Source of the DNA: a virus
Strand: one strand, 5' to 3'
Virus record (IMG/VR): IMGVR_UViG_3300032092_000005
Coordinates: 88,321-152,320 of that record
Length of the DNA: 64,000 bases
Positions 59,677-64,000 of this stretch are shown one piece after another. Numbering within the stretch: the first letter of the stretch is position 1; each line of letters opens with the position of its first letter. Under the pieces are notes generated by a model. It was not told the origin of the DNA and did no database searches. It was given only the letters and a program-made list of their open reading frames with translations. The translations under genes and the position numbers were made by a program.

Positions 59677-61054
59677 TGATGGATATGTACGTAAAACATT
59701 ACCTTTTATAAAGTCAGAATATTTCACAGAAGCTTCCGAAAAGATTGTATTCAATCACGCATTTGACTACTACACAAAGTATAACGCACTGCCTACAGTT
59801 GAAGCACTTATCATTGAGATAGATGCTAAGAAGAACATTTCGGAAGATCAATACAAAAAAGTCCTTTCGCTAATTACAGAGATAAATTCTGAGGAGTATT
59901 CTCCTCAGGATACTGATTGGTTAGTTGACCAGACAGAGAAGTTTTGCCAAGACAAAGCTATCTACAATGCTATCATGCAAAGCATTACGATTCTGGATGA
60001 GCATGAAACTTCTAAGCTAGACAAAGGCGCTATCCCAGGCATTCTATCGGATGCTTTGGGTGTGTCGTTTGACAATCACGTTGGTCACGATTTCATTGAA
60101 GACGCAGAATCTCGCTATGAGTTCTATCATAGAGTTGAAGAGCGTATTCCATTTGACCTCGACTATCTAAATCGAATCACAAAGAACGGTCTTCCTAAAA
60201 AGACGCTGAACATTATTCTTGCAGGCACTGGTGTCGGTAAGAGTTTGTTTATGTGCCATTGTGCAGCAGCTAATCTTACACTTGGTAAGAACGTCCTATA
60301 CATTACACTTGAAATGGCAGAGGAACGAATTGCTGAACGTATTGACGCTAACCTATTGAACGTTGACCTAGATAAACTTGTTGCGTTGCCTAAAGATAGT
60401 TATCTGAAAAAGATTGCAAGGATGAAAGAGAAGGCACTTGGTCGATTGATCATCAAAGAATATCCTACAGCATCGGCTAGTGCAACACACTTCAAACACT
60501 TACTCAGTGAATTGAAACTCAAGCGCAAGTTTATACCTGATATTATCTATATTGATTATCTAAATATATGTTCTTCTTCTAGAGTTAAATCTGGTAATAA
60601 TGTAAACTCATATACTCTTGTTAAATCTATTGCAGAAGAATTACGTGGACTTGCAGTTGAATTTAATGTGCCTATTATGTCAGCTACACAAACTACTCGC
60701 GGTGGTTATGATAACTCTGACGTAGGTATTACTGATACGTCAGAATCATTTGGTCTGCCAGCTACAGCAGACTTTATGGTTGCATTAATATCTACAGAAG
60801 AGTTGGCAGAAATGAATCAGATTATGGTAAAGCAATTAAAGAATAGATATTCTAATCCTGATACTAATAAGAGATTCGTTATTGGCGTAGATAAAGCTAA
60901 GATGAAACTATATGATTCCGAAGATAATGCGCAGAATAATATCTCAGATAGTGGACAAATTCACGACAATAAAGATACTGAACCAGTATTCGATAAAAGC
61001 GCATTTGGTAAACGAATGACTGCACAAAGAGATTTCAGCAGAGTTAAAGTTTAA
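59636..61054 (+). CDS. gp41: Replicative helicase gp41 (DnaB-like)
   Basis: AGTGVGKS, TLEMAEE, IDYL, ATQTTR, SESFGLPATAD, KNRY. Confidence 0.96.
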   Translation: MSLEKKILKHILNDDGYVRKTLPFIKSEYFTEASEKIVFNHAFDYYTKYNALPTVEALIIEIDAKKNISEDQYKKVLSLITEINSEEYSPQDTDWLVDQTEKFCQDKAIYNAIMQSITILDEHETSKLDKGAIPGILSDALGVSFDNHVGHDFIEDAESRYEFYHRVEERIPFDLDYLNRITKNGLPKKTLNIILAGTGVGKSLFMCHCAAANLTLGKNVLYITLEMAEERIAERIDANLLNVDLDKLVALPKDSYLKKIARMKEKALGRLIIKEYPTASASATHFKHLLSELKLKRKFIPDIIYIDYLNICSSSRVKSGNNVNSYTLVKSIAEELRGLAVEFNVPIMSATQTTRGGYDNSDVGITDTSESFGLPATADFMVALISTEELAEMNQIMVKQLKNRYSNPDTNKRFVIGVDKAKMKLYDSEDNAQNNISDSGQIHDNKDTEPVFDKSAFGKRMTAQRDFSRVKV

Positions 61055-61058
61055 TTTT

Positions 61059-61120
61059 GTTGTTTTTTCGCAACAGCTATGAAAATACCTGTTGCTTTTT
61101 TTGGTGAAGCATGTTATAAT
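61059..61120 (+). promoter_or_regulatory. GTTG-N8-CAAC box plus sigma70 promoter
   Basis: GTTGTTTTTTCGCAAC (61059-74), 17 nt, TTGCTT-17 nt-TATAAT with an extended TG. Confidence 0.78.
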
Positions 61121-61149
61121 TAAACATTAAGAACGAAAGGTATTTCAAT

Positions 61150-61452
61150 ATGAACGCATTTACTAAAGAATATTTCATGAACGCATACACATGGATCGTA
61201 ACCAAATTTGGTGAAACATGCGGTTGGTTCGGTTTGATTCTGATTCACGGCTCTACATTGCCATCAACTTACTTAGCTATCAAGGGTGAGGCTACAGTTC
61301 TTCCTCCTTTGAGTATGGTGATCCTAGTCTGGTCTGGTTTACTCTTGTTCTTTATTCGGTCAGCTATCACTAAAGACAAGCTTTACATGATTAGCAACGG
61401 TGTCGGCTTCTTCCTGCAAAGCATTATGCTTGCACTTCTAGTTCTTAAATAA
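61150..61452 (+). CDS. Small 3-TM membrane protein
   Basis: Three hydrophobic segments in 100 aa. Confidence 0.7.
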   Translation: MNAFTKEYFMNAYTWIVTKFGETCGWFGLILIHGSTLPSTYLAIKGEATVLPPLSMVILVWSGLLLFFIRSAITKDKLYMISNGVGFFLQSIMLALLVLK

Positions 61453-61598
61453 TGCAATACGTGATACAGTTTCTTCTATTTTTAGGTTGGATATTTGGAA
61501 TCGTATTAGCTAAAGGATTCTGGAGCACATTCTTTGCTTTGATTTTTCCTCTTTGGGCTTGGTACCTAACGGCTGAGTTCTTAATTAGTAAGTTATAA
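61452..61598 (+). CDS. Small 2-TM membrane protein (48 aa)
   Basis: MQYVIQFLLFLGWIFGIVLAKGFWSTFFALIFPLWAWYL...; TAATG coupling. Confidence 0.6.
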   Translation: MQYVIQFLLFLGWIFGIVLAKGFWSTFFALIFPLWAWYLTAEFLISKL

Positions 61599-61600
61599 TT

Positions 61601-62155
61601 ATGCATTTTATTACAAGCGACATTCATTTTGGACACAAGAACATTATGAATTTTTGTCCTGTGTCTCGCGCATTTGGTGAAGGTGACGTTGTTAAGATGG
61701 ACGAAGAAATTATCAAGCGTTGGAATAGCCTGATTACTCCTCAAGACCATACATACATTCTCGGTGATGTTGCATTCTGTAATGCAGAAAAAGCAGTCAA
61801 CCATCTTCAAAGGCTGAATGGTACTAAGACACTGATTGTCGGTAATCATGACGCAAAGCTTGTCAAAGACGAAAAGTTTTGTAAACAGTTTGTTGAAGTT
61901 CGTGATTATATGTCAATTCGAATGAATGAGACTAAGGTCATTATGTTCCACTATCCAATTGCAGAGTGGGATCAAATGCATCATGGCGCAGTTCATTTTC
62001 ATGGCCATCTTCATGGCAGCATAAGTGGTATGGAAGCATATCGTGCAGTTGATGTTGGTATGGACAATAATGAATGCACACCGTGGAAGCTGGAAGCCGC
62101 TATTGCATATGCAATGAAGGGTAGAATTAAAAGTCATCATCAGAAAGGTAACTAA
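61601..62155 (+). CDS. Calcineurin-like metallophosphoesterase
   Basis: SDIHFGH, LGDV, GNHD, HYP, HGHLH, DVGMD. Confidence 0.9.
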   Translation: MHFITSDIHFGHKNIMNFCPVSRAFGEGDVVKMDEEIIKRWNSLITPQDHTYILGDVAFCNAEKAVNHLQRLNGTKTLIVGNHDAKLVKDEKFCKQFVEVRDYMSIRMNETKVIMFHYPIAEWDQMHHGAVHFHGHLHGSISGMEAYRAVDVGMDNNECTPWKLEAAIAYAMKGRIKSHHQKGN

Positions 62156-62267
62156 TCATGGACATTGTAACAACTATATGGGGAACATGCATCGGCTCGA
62201 CTTGTTTTATGCCGTTTGAAGTTTGGTATCTAGCAGCACAAGCTATTGCTACTGACATTTTAACAAC

Positions 62268-62732
62268 ATGCCAAAAGCTTATATATTAATTGGTGTGCCA
62301 GGTTCTGGCAAGTCTACTTGGGTTAATAATCAAACCCTTGTAGAGGACTACACATACGTATCTACCGACTATTGGGTAGAGCAATTTGCTAAAGCAGCTA
62401 ATACATCATACACAGAAATTTTTGAGTCTGTAATGCCAGCGGCTATTGAACAAATGCTAGAGCAAGTTCGATTGTCGCGCAAGTATAACGCTAATATTGT
62501 GTGGGACCAAACTTCTACGACTGTTGCAAGCCGTAAAAAGAAATTCAAAATGCTGCCAGACTATGAGCATATCGCAGTAGTGTTTCCTACTCCAGATCGT
62601 GCAGAGTTGAATAGACGCCTTGCTAATCGTCCAGGCAAAGTTGTTCCTGTTGAAATTGTTGATAGTATGATTGCAGGCTTTCAGTTGCCAAGATTGGCTG
62701 AAGGCTACAAAGAAATTATAATCGTAGAGTAA
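62268..62732 (+). CDS. P-loop kinase, polynucleotide-kinase (AAA_33) like
   Basis: GVPGSGKST, VSTD, VWDQT....SR, R...R lid motif. Confidence 0.8.
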   Translation: MPKAYILIGVPGSGKSTWVNNQTLVEDYTYVSTDYWVEQFAKAANTSYTEIFESVMPAAIEQMLEQVRLSRKYNANIVWDQTSTTVASRKKKFKMLPDYEHIAVVFPTPDRAELNRRLANRPGKVVPVEIVDSMIAGFQLPRLAEGYKEIIIVE

Positions 62733-62755
62733 TAACGTACATATATCTGTTTAAG

Positions 62756-63094
62756 ATGATAATTTACACACACCAAAAATCCAAGAAGAAAAAGCCCAAT
62801 GCAAAGCAGCGAGAGTTGCAAGCATCATGGGAAAAAATACTTCTTAGCTATAAAACGACAAAACCGTTGGTTACTAAGCAAATTTGCGACATTAAGACAC
62901 CTGAGCCGTACATTAGAACCAATAATAGAGACATTCCTAGTCGATCTACTCCTGGTGGTTCAGCGACAAAGCCAGTCCACGGCAAAGTATACACTGGCAC
63001 TAAAATGCTAGGCATCGGAACACTTCACAAGTCTAATGCAGTACCAATCTTTTCTTCCGATGATGCAAAGGATCAAGCAAACATGAGGAGATAG
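62756..63094 (+). CDS. Basic hypothetical protein
   Basis: C-terminal YTGTKMLGIGTLHKSNAVPIF motif. Confidence 0.7.
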   Translation: MIIYTHQKSKKKKPNAKQRELQASWEKILLSYKTTKPLVTKQICDIKTPEPYIRTNNRDIPSRSTPGGSATKPVHGKVYTGTKMLGIGTLHKSNAVPIFSSDDAKDQANMRR

Positions 63095-63098
63095 TTAT

Positions 63099-63106
63099 TA
63101 TAAATA
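63099..63106 (+). promoter_or_regulatory. Late promoter TATAAATA
   Basis: Exact consensus. Confidence 0.8.
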
Positions 63107-63134
63107 GCTCATACACTAACTTTATGGGCTTAAG

Positions 63135-64000
63135 ATGTTAAAATTTAAGGAATACCTTACAGAAGATAAAAATACGCATATGGAACATGCGGAAGATGAT
63201 GTTCTGAACAAGGGCGTTGCTGGTGCTAGAGACAGTATCAATGCACTTAGAGCCGTGCGTGATATGCTTGCTGGTCACTCAGAGAAAAAGGTAGACGTTA
63301 CAGTCAAATGGGACGGAGCACCTGCTATTTTCGCTGGTCAGGATCCAACTGACGGCAAGTTTTTTGTCGCAAAGAAGGGCGTATTCAATAAAAACCCAAA
63401 AGTATACAAGACATTCGCAGATATAGATGCCGACACCTCTGGTGACCTCTCAGATAAGCTAAAAGCTTGTTTGATGTGGCTACCAAAGATCGGCATTTCT
63501 GGCGTTATCCAGGGCGACTTGTTGTTTACAGCATCCGATCTAAAGACAGAGACAATCGATGGTGAATCATACATCACATTTCATCCAAATACGATTGTCT
63601 ATGCAGTACCTACAGACAGTGACCTTGCTAAAAAGATAAAAAGAGCAAAAATCGGCATTGTATGGCATACAATTTACGAAGGCGATTCGTTTGAGACACT
63701 TAAAGCAGTCTTCGGCAAAGACGTTGTTGCTACGCTAACACAAAATTCAAATGTATGGATGACTGGTGTAGACTATCATGACGTTTCAGGTAAAGCTACA
63801 ATGACGAAAGAAGAGACAGCAGACGTTACATCCGTTCTTTCTCAAGCAGGTAAAGTGTTTCAAAAGCTAGATGCAGCTACACTAAACGCAATCAAAGATG
63901 ACGAGGAACTATTGATGAAGATCAAGACGTTCAACAATTCAAAAGTCCGCCAGCAAAAACAAATCACAAATGTCAGCAAGCACGTTTCGGAATTGATGCA
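63135..64000 (+). CDS. Late protein with a KxDG ligase/nucleotidyltransferase-like motif (DUF6267-like), 3'-truncated
   Basis: MLKFKEYLTEDKNTHMEHAED...TVKWDGAPAIFAG...QGDLLF...FHPNTIVYAVP; open to the window end and missing from the ORF track. Confidence 0.75.
   Translation, partial: MLKFKEYLTEDKNTHMEHAEDDVLNKGVAGARDSINALRAVRDMLAGHSEKKVDVTVKWDGAPAIFAGQDPTDGKFFVAKKGVFNKNPKVYKTFADIDADTSGDLSDKLKACLMWLPKIGISGVIQGDLLFTASDLKTETIDGESYITFHPNTIVYAVPTDSDLAKKIKRAKIGIVWHTIYEGDSFETLKAVFGKDVVATLTQNSNVWMTGVDYHDVSGKATMTKEETADVTSVLSQAGKVFQKLDAATLNAIKDDEELLMKIKTFNNSKVRQQKQITNVSKHVSELM

Noticed and set aside
22667-61054. Introns or inteins in the terminase, gp43, gp41, uvsX or gp46
   Set aside because: All have normal lengths with contiguous motifs; no splice-junction or LAGLIDADG signatures were seen.
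62158-62289. Possible 43-aa ORF between the phosphoesterase and kinase genes
   Set aside because: It has a plausible RBS but is very short, overlaps the kinase start and has no recognisable motif, so it was left uncalled.
1-64000. Alternative genetic code or stop-codon recoding
   Set aside because: Core genes are full length under the standard code and coding density is high.

Overview
A 64-kb segment of a T4-like myovirus genome (Tevenvirinae/Kyanoviridae-style core gene order), with essentially all genes on the + strand. From left to right it holds a baseplate/fibre region (a DUF4815/VrlC-like protein, a 2,782-aa repeat fibre and three paralogous spike-like proteins), the neck-terminase-tail-head module (gp13-gp23, with two gp19 copies and gp3), uvsY/uvsW/gp55/gp47/gp46, an accessory block (peptide deformylase, dCMP deaminase, TAGT/GREB1-like glycosyltransferase, SAM methyltransferase, vWA-peptidase plus CobS/MoxR ATPase, a second glycosyltransferase), the replication module (gp45, gp44, gp62, regA, Dps, Hsp20, gp43, uvsX, gp41), and a phosphoesterase/kinase/ligase-like cluster. 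T4 late promoters (TATAAATA) precede the structural genes and sigma70-type promoters precede the others. The most notable unexplained signals are: (1) a palindromic GTTG-N8-CAAC box at fixed helical phase upstream of four sigma70 promoters; (2) an antisense sigma70 promoter just upstream of the late sigma factor gp55; (3) a structured ~200-nt leader with a ROSE-like thermometer before hsp20; (4) a glycosyltransferase-methyltransferase module that may hypermodify DNA; (5) a split Pnkp-like nucleic-acid repair set; and (6) a multi-spike receptor-binding array. Family assignments come from motifs and synteny read by eye; no database searches were run.
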